From positions 372,001-436,000 of the forward strand of contig CBFFSA010000012.1 in assembly GCA_965644495.1 (NCBI GenBank): a stretch of 64,000 nucleotides of DNA. The letters run 5' to 3'. This document shows positions 33,535-44,813 of this stretch, one piece after another. Both the position numbers and the translations under genes were made by a program. The DNA is from Perkinsela sp. CCAP 1560/9 (taxonomy: Eukaryota > Protista > Euglenozoa: Kinetoplastea). The notes under the pieces are model-generated. The model ran no database searches. It saw only the letters and a list, made by a program, of their open reading frames with translations, and was not told where the DNA came from. The first letter of the stretch is position 1. The number at the start of each line of letters is the position of its first letter.

Positions 33535-34402
33535 CGTGGCTGAGAGGGCGGTGGGAACGTGGCGGGGAGAAGGGGAACACAAAGGGAAAACGTGGCGGGG
33601 AGACTAAAATACAATACGTTTACGCGGCTTTGTAAACTCAACTATGGATATAAACAACATTGATAGATCAAAAAGGTTTTACAAGGGTTTTACAAGGACC
33701 TCATATCGGCGCGGCGAGCGAGAATCCTCAACCTGGTCGGGGTTAAGGGTTCCTCTTCGTCGCATATGGGGCTCCGGAGCCTCTAGCGGAAATGGGTACG
33801 GGCTAGGGAGGGAGCTCGCCGGCAAACTGGGAAGGTGGTTCGCGGGCGGGGCTGAGCGCTCTACCAGAAGGGCGTACCTTTCGTCGCACCGGGACAGGAG
33901 TAGGGGGAATCGGAGGGGTCGCTGTTGCGTGGGGAGAGGGGGGCGCACGGGAGGGCACGGAAGGGACTTTCCGCTTCGGTGATCTATCGCGCTCCTGGCG
34001 TGGCTCCGACGGAGCCCGGAATCGTTGGGATCTCATGACACTAAAACTACTACAAAAAACGTAGTACGAAGTAACAGCCAACAAGGTAGAGAATTTTTTG
34101 CTTCACTATCTATCACTATCGTCAAACATGCAAAAGTACTGCACCCTGAGATGTCCATAATAACAAAAGTAAAAGCACAAGACGTAAACAAAGCCAAAAA
34201 GTGGGTGTAAATGACTCAAAGCTATCAAGAAAATCCTTTTTCGTATAAATTTTTTTGTTAAAAGAAATTGAAAAAAAAGATTGAAATTTGGGGTACAGTT
34301 TGACTGCATATTACCCAAAGAATTTACTTCCCCACCTTTGTTATTTTTTCACCCATCAACTCCATATTTGTGTAACATAGAAACTTCACAGCATACTAAA
34401 AA

Positions 34403-36026
34403 ATGCATATCCTTTCCTCTTCCGACAGCCCCGAACGTAAGAAACGTAAATTGACCTCCTCCCCAAGCCCACAGAGCGCCCAAAACGACAGCTCTATCCT
34501 CCCTGCTCGACGCAAACCCTCAAAGGTCCGAGGTACCGATCTCCCTCATGAATACGCCATGGAGAAATTTTTGCACAATGTTTCCTACCGGGATGCCTCC
34601 TGGACGGTACACAATCCCATACAGGACTGGGCCGGGATCTCCTGTGATGTTTCGCATCAAGTCACATGGGTTTCATGGGGGAGGCACCCGCTCGGGGGGA
34701 TGCTCGCATGGGAGAGTCTCCCCTCTACGGTTCATTGGTTAAATTTAAGTGGAGAGACGAAGCGAGAGATATGGCTAAGTGGCTCCGTGCCTTTTTATGC
34801 TCTTCCCGATACGTTGACACGTCTGAATTTGTTTCGTCAAGAATTTGTGGGGAAGGTAGAAATATCTGCTTTGCCTCGGTCCTTGGTGAATATGGGGTTG
34901 AACTTTAACCAATTTTCAGGGCCTCTTGATCTCACGTGTTTACCGCCGCAGAGTAATAATATTTTCTTTTTTAGGCTCTTCGTTAAACGCGGTGGTTGCT
35001 TTCAACTTAGAAGTCACTCATACTGCGCGCTTCGCGTTGAAAACTACCGCCGCGTTTAACGAAGAGCCTAAAAAAGAAAATTTAGCCTGGAAAACGGAAA
35101 GATTATAGCCAAAAATAGCCGAATTTCGGGTAAAAATGGGGTCATTTTCGCATATTTTTGCTCTCAGAGCACTAAATCCGACATTTGCGCGTGGGAAATC
35201 ACTCGCAGGCATGAATGAAAGCCTACCGAACGTATTGGGTAGAGAATGCGACTCCAACCATACCATTCTTTCGACCCAAAAATGCCCCTTTAGGTCCGAA
35301 AAATACTTTTTCACCTTTTTTAGTCAAAAATGGGTCATTTTGGGGGGCGCACCACAGTTCGAAGAAGTGATACCTTGCGAAAACAACTGCGTAGAAAGCT
35401 AGTGTAGGTCCTAAACTATCAAAATACAATAGGGGAAACGATTTTGGAAAAATATTTTCTTTGCCATTTTTTTCGCCAAGTTGAAATTTTTTTCAAATAA
35501 TTTTTTCCGAAAAAATCCGAACTTGGCGGACCCGTCCTGCGGATACGCGGGGGGGTCACCCCCGGGTAGGGGGGTGGAAAATGCGCGCCAAGACCCCGTC
35601 TACCCTTTCTGCGGTTTTTTTTCGAAAACTAATTTTTTCGAAAAAATTTGCTCGACCCTGGACCCCCCCCTGGACCCCCCCCCTGGACCCCCCCCTGGAC
35701 CCCCCCCATGGACCCCCCATTTTTTTCAATTTTTTTTTTCAGTTTTGGTCCACCGGAGCCCCCTTTTATATTTTTTTCTTCTATTATATTACTGTGTTCC
35801 CCTTTATATTTTCACTGTTTTTATTCACTTTTTTTTCAATAATCGAGTGTAGAGCGGTAGTTTTACAACCACCGCAATTTTTCAATTGGAATGGAATCTA
35901 TTCGAAGGGATCGTAGACGTCTCATCTCTTCCAAAGCGTATTTCTATACTCAATCTTAGTAGAAATCCGTTGGATAAGATTATTCCAAATCCTTTACCTC
36001 CTTGTGTTGTATTCGCCCCCTCTTAG
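34403..36026 (+). pseudogene. LRR member 15 interrupted by a full-length family A element
   Basis: ..LTCLPPQSN then element; resumes IFQLEWNLFEGIVDVSSLPKRISILNLSRN..PS* at 35877-36026. Confidence 0.9.
34961..35878 (+). mobile_element. Family A hairpin-capped non-autonomous element, full length (Helentron/DINE-like)
   Basis: 32-bp perfect stem palindrome 34961-35081, central (ggacccccc)n repeats, small hairpin end gcggtagttttacaaccaccgcaat, no clear TSD. Confidence 0.85.
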
Positions 36027-36184
36027 AATGTGGGTACAAAACTTTTTTTTGCACATCAAAGTTTGAAAGAGCTTCTTATAAGAATTAATGGTTCCTCTTC
36101 AATTTGCCATACGAAAGCATAACTTATTTCAACAATTTATTTCGGCTTTATTCTCACAGTTTCTAACAAAAAACCCACTGAATT

Positions 36185-37000
36185 ATGAACAGCACACTAT
36201 TACCCCGATCAACAGGAAAAGTACGGGGCGCTTCTTTGCCCGCGATATATGATCTCATTCGCTTTTGCAAAGGCCTTGAGAATCCACATGCCAGCTGGTC
36301 GGAGTCCACTCCTGTTTGCGAGTGGGATGGAGTGCAATGTACCCCGGAGAAGGAGGTGAAAAGTATTTTTTGGTATCGTCGATCTCTTCGCGGTGCGCTA
36401 CACTGGGCGTCTCTCCCAGCAAGTATCCGAGAACTGCACATGTATGGAAACTCTTTTAGAGGAACTCTTCCTTTGCAGGATATTTCTATGGGGTTAGAGA
36501 TATTGGATGCTCACGCGAATGTGTTGCAAGGTGAACTATCTCTAAGCAATCTTGTTTCGTCCTTTTTGGTGATACGTCTTTCACGAAATTCGTTTTCTTC
36601 TACAATAGATGTAACTCAGCTTCCTGATCTTCGTGTGCTGGAAGTCGCAATAAACAAACTTTACGGAACTGTTGATCTTTCTTACTTTCCACCAAGTCTA
36701 TTGCAAGTTTCTTTTTCTCGCAATCAGTTTAGCGGTCCGCTAAATTTGGGCCAACTCCCAAACGGTATACGCTCTTTCGACGCTTCTCATAATTCTTTTA
36801 GTGGAGATTTAGACTTGCGCTTCCTGCCCGCCTCTTTGGAATTCTTACGCCTTGCGAATAATGAACTAGGACCTCGTCTTCTTCAGTGGGATGAGGATCA
36901 TATCCCTCCGTATCTCCGTTGTGTTATCATCTCTGAAAATTGCTTTTGGAGAACTGAAATCCGATCATTGTCATCTATTTTCAAACTAGATGCTGCATAG
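36185..37000 (+). CDS. Small LRR-only protein, member 16
   Basis: STGKVRGASLPAIYDL leader, VCEWDGVQC cap, LRRs. Confidence 0.92.
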   Translation: MNSTLLPRSTGKVRGASLPAIYDLIRFCKGLENPHASWSESTPVCEWDGVQCTPEKEVKSIFWYRRSLRGALHWASLPASIRELHMYGNSFRGTLPLQDISMGLEILDAHANVLQGELSLSNLVSSFLVIRLSRNSFSSTIDVTQLPDLRVLEVAINKLYGTVDLSYFPPSLLQVSFSRNQFSGPLNLGQLPNGIRSFDASHNSFSGDLDLRFLPASLEFLRLANNELGPRLLQWDEDHIPPYLRCVIISENCFWRTEIRSLSSIFKLDAA

Positions 37001-37438
37001 GCTCCAATTTAGAATTTAGGGCTTGCGAAACAGACATTTTTCTCTATTGAACCACTGCCCAGTTTAACGTGTCTATGACCTGTTGCTCTGTCGGGAGTAC
37101 ACTGTAAACAGCGCGGGGGTTTAAATTTGCTATTGCCATAACCCGGGATTCGGATTACCGTTTAACTTGCATATTACCTTTTAAATTGGCACATTACCGT
37201 TTACGAATGTAAACGGTAACCCGACAGACGGGTTACTTGTCGTTAATAACACTTGCCGTTACATTCAATATTTCTCACAGCATACCCTCTAATGAGATGG
37301 GTTGATTACTTCATACAATAAAACAATAGTTTCCATGTATGAAGACTTACTCCATTTATGCCACTAATATTTTGTATCATAATAAATTATTTTGTATCGG
37401 ATGCACAGCCACCAATATTTTAATTTATTCATCTTCCA

Positions 37439-38545
37439 ATGTCACCCCATTCCGTAAATATTTTACAGCGTAGATACTTTGTAGCACTAGGCTTCGTGCT
37501 CACAGTATTCTTTAGCTCTAGTATTCGAACAGCTGACGAGTTCCCCCAACCACCCCCACAAAAACGACGCAAATTTGGCAGCAAAGTGAGCTCTGTGACG
37601 CTCTCTGAGATTGACCTCATGCGTCAGTTTGTTCAACATGTGAAAAATGCTCCTCCCTCCTGGGGTAAGCGATCCTCTGTGTGTAAATGGAAAGGGATAA
37701 AATGCAACTCTGACTCACAAGTTACACATCTCAATTGGAGTCGTAGTGATATTGGTGGGAACCTCACGTGGAGTTATTTACCTCTTCACCTTGTTGAACT
37801 TATAGCAAACCAACCATATCGCGGAGGGTTCACAGGAACATTAGCCTCAACCGATTTAAATGCCCCACTGACAACATTTCACGTGTCGTTACATTCGCAT
37901 CACGGATTGTTCGGCTTTGCCAACCTTCCCTCACAGATGATAAGTCTTGATATCGGAAGAAATCATTTGGAAGGTCCCGTTGATCTTACTCAGCTTCCTC
38001 CACTGATTGAAAATATTGTAGCGCATGGAAATCGTTTTCAGGGCAGCATAGATCTCACCGCAATGCCCGCAACCTTACATAGGCTTCTACTACACGAAAA
38101 TCAATTGAGCGGCGCACTTAATCTAACTCAGTTGCCAAAAACTCTTAAAAGGCTTAATTTATCAGTGAATCAGTTCGAAGGTCGCATTGAGCTCTCCGCG
38201 TTATCCGCAGCATTAGATGTGCTTAATCTAAATGAGAATCGTCTAAGTGGAACGCTTCATTTTGAAAATTTTCCTCCCTCTCTCGGGGAGATTTCTTTGA
38301 ACCACAATGCATTTGAAGGGCCATTGATTGTACCGCAAGTTCCGCCCTCTATGCATTTGCTCGATGTTTCTACAAATAATATCACTGGCGTGTTTGATAC
38401 AACACCTAATCGTTATCAAAAGGTGGGTTTCCGCGTGACTGACAACCATTTTGATGCGTTGATTCAGGAAAAGAAGGTTAAACACATAGTCTATATTGAG
38501 CCCGAAGTTTTACGGTACACTGAAAAGGAATACGCCGCCCTCTAA
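37439..38545 (+). CDS. LRR protein, member 17 (longest; hydrophobic N-segment and NLS-like PQKRRK)
   Basis: IRTAD..GSKVSSVTLSEIDL leader variant, VCKWKGIKC cap, LRRs. Confidence 0.92.
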   Translation: MSPHSVNILQRRYFVALGFVLTVFFSSSIRTADEFPQPPPQKRRKFGSKVSSVTLSEIDLMRQFVQHVKNAPPSWGKRSSVCKWKGIKCNSDSQVTHLNWSRSDIGGNLTWSYLPLHLVELIANQPYRGGFTGTLASTDLNAPLTTFHVSLHSHHGLFGFANLPSQMISLDIGRNHLEGPVDLTQLPPLIENIVAHGNRFQGSIDLTAMPATLHRLLLHENQLSGALNLTQLPKTLKRLNLSVNQFEGRIELSALSAALDVLNLNENRLSGTLHFENFPPSLGEISLNHNAFEGPLIVPQVPPSMHLLDVSTNNITGVFDTTPNRYQKVGFRVTDNHFDALIQEKKVKHIVYIEPEVLRYTEKEYAAL

Positions 38546-38838
38546 GAATCTAGCCATACACACGAATACCTTCACTAAATTAGCAAATTTCTGTATTTTG
38601 TGCCTTTTTGATAAATAGATTATACATAGATTGCATCATAGATTCTTATATTGTGTTTTCTAGAATACAATTGGTTTTATTTTGCTTTTTGGGCTCTTAT
38701 CTAAACGCGGAGGTAGTTTTCAACGCGAAACAATGACTGCTAACAACCTCAGAATTGCTTACCCAAAATTCATTACTCGTTAGCATCTGTATATTCCTTT
38801 TTTTACAAATTCACAATGTTAATCGAACCTATGTCCTC

Positions 38839-41800
38839 ATGAGGAGCATCGAGCGCACTTCTTGCGCAGCAATTCCACATTTGGCGAATCACGGATCCTT
38901 CTTTAGCATTTGCTCTTCAAATTCTTCTTGCAGCGCCCTTGGTTTTCAAAGGGCGTCTCTGTCATCCGTTGCGTCGGCAACATGGCAGGAATCACTATTA
39001 TTTTATCAAAATCAACTCCAATGTCCAGTACCCCAATTTCGTACACGTGTCCATGCAGCCGACAGCACACTTCATTCTCTTCATCGGCTATCCTTAACAA
39101 ATGCACATCCTAAAATTGGTTCAATGGCTTGTTTTATTCTTCGAACGTTGCATGCCCGAGCTCCTAAGCACGGCAATCGGATCCCACAAAAAACTGTTTT
39201 TGATGCTCTCCGCCTGCTAATCTCTCAAGGAGTTTGTGACCTTGATGAAGAAATATCCTGTTTCAGTGATCTCAGGCAAGGTGTATTTTCCGATGTTCCC
39301 TCTAAATGGAAGCTTGCAACATTGTTTCTTACTACGTATGGCTCTTCTGGTTCGCTGCCTTCAACGGTCAAGTCTTTGTATTGCTATGAACTTCAATCGT
39401 ACGACTGGTTGTCACGTGTGGGCAAACTCTCCGTACAAGATAATGTACTCCCGAGTGTTTTGGATATCCTATCAGAAGGAAACAAAATACATTATCCAAC
39501 AACTTCAATGCATGATGAATTCTTAAAGATGATGAGGACGTTTCTTGACCATGTTTCCTCCAGGAAGTCAAATTTGAATGACGTCAATGCTCTTGCTGCA
39601 CCTGGAACCTCTCTCACTCTTTTATGCTTCTTCTTGCATTCAGCTTTGGCGTGTCTCTCTTTTTCAAAACCGAGTGATTCCCAAGAGGGGTTACCTCTTT
39701 TGTCAGACACTAATTGTTTGCGAGCTAACAAAAGCCTTTCCGATTCTCGAACAGATGTCTCTGAACATATTTCAAAGAATGTGTTACAAGTGCTTCAATC
39801 TTTAAATGTTATCATTCAAACAGATTCTCCTTTGAAAGGTCAACATCAGAAAGCTTACGGGGCCCATTATACCGTCTTGGACAACCTTTTACGAACACCA
39901 TCTCGCGATTTTACGAAAACAAGTCTATGTGATAAGCGTGGTAAAACAATACTTTTCTTGAACGCCTTACTGCACTTTTTTCTATGCTGGGTCCCACAAA
40001 ACACAGCGCTTGAAACTTTGCACTCATTTTTCTTGCGTCAAGATCCACCTTCACAAACATGCGCTTCAAGCAGTGCAGCACATGGATCATTTAAAGATCC
40101 AAACAAAGACTCCTTTGTGTTTCCTTTGTACTCAAAGTGCACATACACTTCTCAATTGTTAGAGTTCTACGCATCGCATCAAAAATTTGAGCTTCACGAA
40201 CAACTAATGGCACGAATTATTCCTTTTCCGACGCAACAAGAAATTCAAACTGTTCTTTCGAAAAACATAGTTTCGAGCATTTCCTCAGATGCGCATTCTC
40301 CTGCTTCTTTTCTTCCCTCCTCTGCATGGGATTTACAACAGAGAAATGGCGCACTTGACTCAAATGCGGCGGAAAGTTATCGTTCATTTCGGTTGGCTCT
40401 TTCCAGTGCTTCTCTGTCTGAAATGACACAAAACCTTACCGTTCGGAAAGCTTCACGTCGTGAACGCTACCGATCGCTTTGCAAAGTATACCGAAAAATC
40501 TTACGTGCCGGATCAAAAGGCAAAAAAGTGATTTCTTCCTGTTCTCCCCCTCCTGTTCTTTCTTCTGTCAAAAATCTGATCTCCCTTTTATCTCCACGAA
40601 TCCCTTTTTCATCTTTTTCCAAACACAGTGAAGCATTTTTCGCTCTGCTTCGTTTCTCCCACACCCACAAAATGTCTTCTACGCAAACAAAAACGCTTCT
40701 TCATCTTTTACGCCGGCGTCTTCCCGAGGGGACGCCTGTTTTAAAGACACTCGGAGACGCTTCGTCTGTTTTTACCCATTCATTCGTTTCTGAATCTTTT
40801 TTACCTCATTATTCGCACCATCAAAATCAAATTCTTCTGCAAACTTTAGCCAACGAAGGAAAGTGGGATTCTCTCCTGCAACTATGGCCGCATCTTTCCA
40901 CAACCCATCCGGAAAACCGACACAAACTTTTGTATTGTTTTCGAAATGCCATCGTGTCGACCACACAAACTATAAATCGAGTAAAATTATGGCAACAAGC
41001 GCTGCAATTTGTGTCCTCTCAGGATTTTGCGGATCAAAACGTGGCGAGTGAGGTTTTGTTGCTGTTGAGTTTATCTCCCGGAAAGGCTTCGTGGTCAAAT
41101 GTTCTCTACGGATATGCGAGGGCGCAAGCAAGTGGGAAACAGACCAATGCAGAGGCTACCTTGGAGTCCTCCTTAAATGCCTCACATGTACTGCACGCAC
41201 TTTGTAGTGTGGTGGAAAAATACTCGTACGGAAAGGAGACAAGGGAGGTAAAGTTTTCGTCGGTGAAGCAAGCACAAAAATGTGACCTTCAAAAAAATAC
41301 AAATGCGGATTTATGGTCTCTCGCGTTGCAATGTTACCAGACGAGTTCTTTTCACAAATTCTTCACAGCGAATCACGTACTTCGTGTTTTGGTTCACAGC
41401 TCGCCCCGTTCTTGTTGGAAAACAGCTTTGTCTCTTTTATGCCAGGAGCCTCGAGTTTTCAGCCATCACCTTCACCGATCTTTATGGTGTCGTATTTGGG
41501 CGAGTCTTCCCTCTTCTGCATTTTTACGAAACGACAAGGCAAAAAACACAACTTCTGGAGTTGTGTGGGACATTTTGGAAAAACTTCCCTCCACCACTTT
41601 TCCGGATCTTTTTTGGTCACTTGCGCTGACTACGTTTCGTAGATGTGATCTTATGAGGTCTGAAAATACAGAATTAAAACGTTTTGCTTCGGATTCAATC
41701 ATGCAAGGTGATGCCTTGATCAAAACAAATCCTGGTTTACAACAAGCGTGTCTGAGTTCGACGTATTTTACGGAGATCATGGAACACCTATCTCGGCGTT

Positions 41801-43347
41801 CGATTTTACCCAATAAATCTTTGCGTGAGTTATTTCGACGTTATCATCGAAGATCTCAGGTCTATTCGTCTCTCATTACACACAAAGGGGGTAGTGGCAA
41901 GAATGCCTTTCAAACCGATGATGTTGCTTGGCTCAACGTGCCGCTTATTACAGAGAGAGAAAACAAATCTCTCAGTACTTCCGATATTTCGTCTGATATT
42001 CCGCTGAATTCGTCAACTTCTAGCACACGTAGCCGTCGCGAAGTTCTTTCTGAACTTCGCTCTCCTATTTTGCTTTTTTCTGACCAATGCTGGGCACTTG
42101 GTTGGTGCCCTCCCGAGTGCAACACCATAGAAAATATTTTACAAAACCTTCAAAAGTTAAATTCGAGGCCTTTTAGTCCATCCAATGCTTTGAAAACCGG
42201 GAAAAGTGAAAAGGAGGAAATCTCTGGTGAAACAGATAGTGAATCGAAGTTGGAATTATCGCATTCACATCGGTGGGTGAGTTCGTCTGATTTATACTGC
42301 GAGGCCTCATCGCAATCTGCTCCTTGTTACGTTTTCTTTCGGCGAGTGAATCCTTTGCGAAGTGCATCAGGGCCTATAAGGCCGGAGGCAGATTCCTCTA
42401 CTCCTAGAAAAGGTTTCAGTAATAACACAAACCAAAAATGTCTGCCAATTCGTACGAAAACAAAAAATACGCTTCGTTCCAAATTAATTGATGCATCCAA
42501 CGTTTCTGCATCGGATTTTCCTACGGGAATTTGTACGTGGCGTTATTTTGTCTTGGCAACTCTTTCTTCTCTGTCCTTTGACGTGACAAATGTGTCTACG
42601 ACATCGGAAGCTCTTTGGAAGTCGTCTCCCTTTCTTTCCGCCCTTACTTCTGAAACAAACAATTCTGAAGATGCTCTTTACTGGGATGTGGATCTTAACA
42701 ATCAGACGATTTATCAAGGCAAATTACCGCAATCCAACGCATGGCTTGATGCAAAACATCGTACTTTTTCTAAATGGGTGCCTTTTCCTCAATTTCTAGA
42801 CTTTGTAGCTTCCATAACTTCCTATCCTCCATCTTCCCGATACGCTCGTGTTTCCCTCTTAAAACAAATGCCTACCGTTTCGAATCCTCACATCTCTCCA
42901 CATTTTTTATCAAAATTCGGCACAGATTCTCCTTTTTCGATTTCTCCAGAAAACAAATCCAACAGCGTAAAAACAAATCCTGCTTCTTCTCCCCGTATAG
43001 TTTCGAATTCTGTATTTGCGATACAAATTACTACACGACACGACACGCAACATTATCCGGTAGAAAGTACCGTTCTGCACGAACACACGCTGCGACATTC
43101 TGTTCTGAAACCTCTAGGGCTGAAACTATTTGGAGAGCAACCTGAAATTGGACAGGACGACTTATTCTTGCTATCTGGAAAACCCTCGGATAGACAAAAA
43201 GAAATGGGAAAAAAGACTTTGTTGGCTATTCCTAAAGAAGGGGTGTCGTGGTGTCCACTGGAAATACGACTGGGTCCTTATTTTGTCGAGTCAACACCTC
43301 CACGAGATATTTATGAATGGTATCGTTCGCAAAATATGGGAGGATAG
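38839..43347 (+). CDS. Large hypothetical protein with WxxAL helical repeats (PPR-like)
   Basis: ~1500-codon ORF; WQQALQF, WSLALQC, WKTALSL, WSLALTT; first in-frame ATG used. Confidence 0.75.
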   Translation: MRSIERTSCAAIPHLANHGSFFSICSSNSSCSALGFQRASLSSVASATWQESLLFYQNQLQCPVPQFRTRVHAADSTLHSLHRLSLTNAHPKIGSMACFILRTLHARAPKHGNRIPQKTVFDALRLLISQGVCDLDEEISCFSDLRQGVFSDVPSKWKLATLFLTTYGSSGSLPSTVKSLYCYELQSYDWLSRVGKLSVQDNVLPSVLDILSEGNKIHYPTTSMHDEFLKMMRTFLDHVSSRKSNLNDVNALAAPGTSLTLLCFFLHSALACLSFSKPSDSQEGLPLLSDTNCLRANKSLSDSRTDVSEHISKNVLQVLQSLNVIIQTDSPLKGQHQKAYGAHYTVLDNLLRTPSRDFTKTSLCDKRGKTILFLNALLHFFLCWVPQNTALETLHSFFLRQDPPSQTCASSSAAHGSFKDPNKDSFVFPLYSKCTYTSQLLEFYASHQKFELHEQLMARIIPFPTQQEIQTVLSKNIVSSISSDAHSPASFLPSSAWDLQQRNGALDSNAAESYRSFRLALSSASLSEMTQNLTVRKASRRERYRSLCKVYRKILRAGSKGKKVISSCSPPPVLSSVKNLISLLSPRIPFSSFSKHSEAFFALLRFSHTHKMSSTQTKTLLHLLRRRLPEGTPVLKTLGDASSVFTHSFVSESFLPHYSHHQNQILLQTLANEGKWDSLLQLWPHLSTTHPENRHKLLYCFRNAIVSTTQTINRVKLWQQALQFVSSQDFADQNVASEVLLLLSLSPGKASWSNVLYGYARAQASGKQTNAEATLESSLNASHVLHALCSVVEKYSYGKETREVKFSSVKQAQKCDLQKNTNADLWSLALQCYQTSSFHKFFTANHVLRVLVHSSPRSCWKTALSLLCQEPRVFSHHLHRSLWCRIWASLPSSAFLRNDKAKNTTSGVVWDILEKLPSTTFPDLFWSLALTTFRRCDLMRSENTELKRFASDSIMQGDALIKTNPGLQQACLSSTYFTEIMEHLSRRSILPNKSLRELFRRYHRRSQVYSSLITHKGGSGKNAFQTDDVAWLNVPLITERENKSLSTSDISSDIPLNSSTSSTRSRREVLSELRSPILLFSDQCWALGWCPPECNTIENILQNLQKLNSRPFSPSNALKTGKSEKEEISGETDSESKLELSHSHRWVSSSDLYCEASSQSAPCYVFFRRVNPLRSASGPIRPEADSSTPRKGFSNNTNQKCLPIRTKTKNTLRSKLIDASNVSASDFPTGICTWRYFVLATLSSLSFDVTNVSTTSEALWKSSPFLSALTSETNNSEDALYWDVDLNNQTIYQGKLPQSNAWLDAKHRTFSKWVPFPQFLDFVASITSYPPSSRYARVSLLKQMPTVSNPHISPHFLSKFGTDSPFSISPENKSNSVKTNPASSPRIVSNSVFAIQITTRHDTQHYPVESTVLHEHTLRHSVLKPLGLKLFGEQPEIGQDDLFLLSGKPSDRQKEMGKKTLLAIPKEGVSWCPLEIRLGPYFVESTPPRDIYEWYRSQNMGG

Positions 43348-43642
43348 TAAAGAATTTCCTTCGGAGTGACGTTTGGGTAATCCTATTTGTTTTATTCCCG
43401 TAGCTTTGGTTTCTTTTATGAAAGTTTTGTTTTTTTTTACTACATTTTCTGTGCAACTTAAGCTGCGCAAATTACTTGTTTTCTTGCTGTCGCATATTTC
43501 CACATCTTTTTGGAGGCAATAGAGTTGCAACACGGTTGTTAATGTTATCCCTATACAGGAATTTCCACTCACCATTACCTTTACTTTTGTATTTTATGTT
43601 CATCAATTTCGTTGTTTCTTTAACTTCCCCTTCTTCTTTTAC

Positions 43643-44599
43643 ATGAGCCAAACTTTTTCATTGAGTCAGACATATTATAAAGGGGCTAACGCAATTAGCC
43701 CGGCCTCTGTCATACTCACTCCCCCCTCTCCCCTTTCCTCTAACTCTCTCTGCACTACAGGGATGAGATCGCGGTACACGCGATCCTCTTCCTCATACGA
43801 GATAAAAATCTCACAGTGTCAGGTGCTTCAAGAGGCACAAACCTCAGAAAGGGAAGAGGAAAATCCTACAGACACATTTCTTCCTCCCCCCCACGCAATA
43901 TCCGCGTGCTGCTGTTCCTTATGCAGCTGTGGGGGAAACGGAATTCTGTCTTCCCCGGAATCCTTTTTATATTCCCCCAATGCCCGAAATCCCCATCGGG
44001 TCGTCGTTCTGGATTTCGAAACGACCGGGCTTTCGAGAAAAGCCCAAATCATACAAATTGGGGCAGTGGAGGTTGTGGGGAGTTTACCCACAGGGAATAC
44101 GTTTTATACCAACGTACTTCCCTGTACGGAGATCGAGAGAGGGGCTACGAGGGTCCACGGATTTCGAAACGCGGACCTTGAGGGGGTAAATTCTTTTTCC
44201 CGTAGCCCCTCTTTCGACATTGTATTTCCTTTTCTTATGAATTTTATAGCCGGATCCCCGATTGTGGGGCATAATATCCAATACGATATAGGTATATTAA
44301 GAAAGGAGGCGAAGCGCATTGGTTCAAATCTTCCAATGTGCGAAATTATTTGTACAATGAAAACGTTTCGTCGGTATTATCCGGGGAGAAAATTGGCACG
44401 GCTAGAAGCTGTGGCCAATTTCTTCACTTTAAATACAAATAATAAAAAGCCTGTTAGATTTTCGCAGTCTGAGGTGCACGATGCATTGGCAGATGCACTT
44501 CTTACTGCTAAAATTTATTGTATTTTTCATCGCATGGCATATGTTCACATAGGACACGATATTGAAGAGTCTTGTGTGGTAAAATCAGAAGACATGTAA
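43643..44599 (+). CDS. DEDDh 3'-5' exonuclease (DnaQ/Pol III epsilon-like)
   Basis: ExoI VVLDFETTG, ExoII GHNIQYD, ExoIII HDALAD. Confidence 0.92.
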   Translation: MSQTFSLSQTYYKGANAISPASVILTPPSPLSSNSLCTTGMRSRYTRSSSSYEIKISQCQVLQEAQTSEREEENPTDTFLPPPHAISACCCSLCSCGGNGILSSPESFLYSPNARNPHRVVVLDFETTGLSRKAQIIQIGAVEVVGSLPTGNTFYTNVLPCTEIERGATRVHGFRNADLEGVNSFSRSPSFDIVFPFLMNFIAGSPIVGHNIQYDIGILRKEAKRIGSNLPMCEIICTMKTFRRYYPGRKLARLEAVANFFTLNTNNKKPVRFSQSEVHDALADALLTAKIYCIFHRMAYVHIGHDIEESCVVKSEDM

Positions 44600-44693
44600 C
44601 GTTTATGCGATTTCTCCTTTCTATAGAGTCGTTTTTTTGTACAGTAAGCGTAAGCATGTAAATATGTAGATATAGCCTTAAATATTTTTTTAT

Positions 44694-44813
44694 TTTTCTT
44701 TTTTAAGCTCTTCGTTAAACGCAGTGGTTGTTTTCAACTTAGAATTCACTCGTGCTGCGCGCTTCACGCTGAAAACTACCACCGCGTTTAACGAAGAGCC
44801 TAAAAAAGAAAAT
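44694..44813 (+). mobile_element. Family A palindromic cap followed by unrelated interior; half copy at ~38686..38730
   Basis: Same 120-bp palindrome as 34961-35081. Confidence 0.85.
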
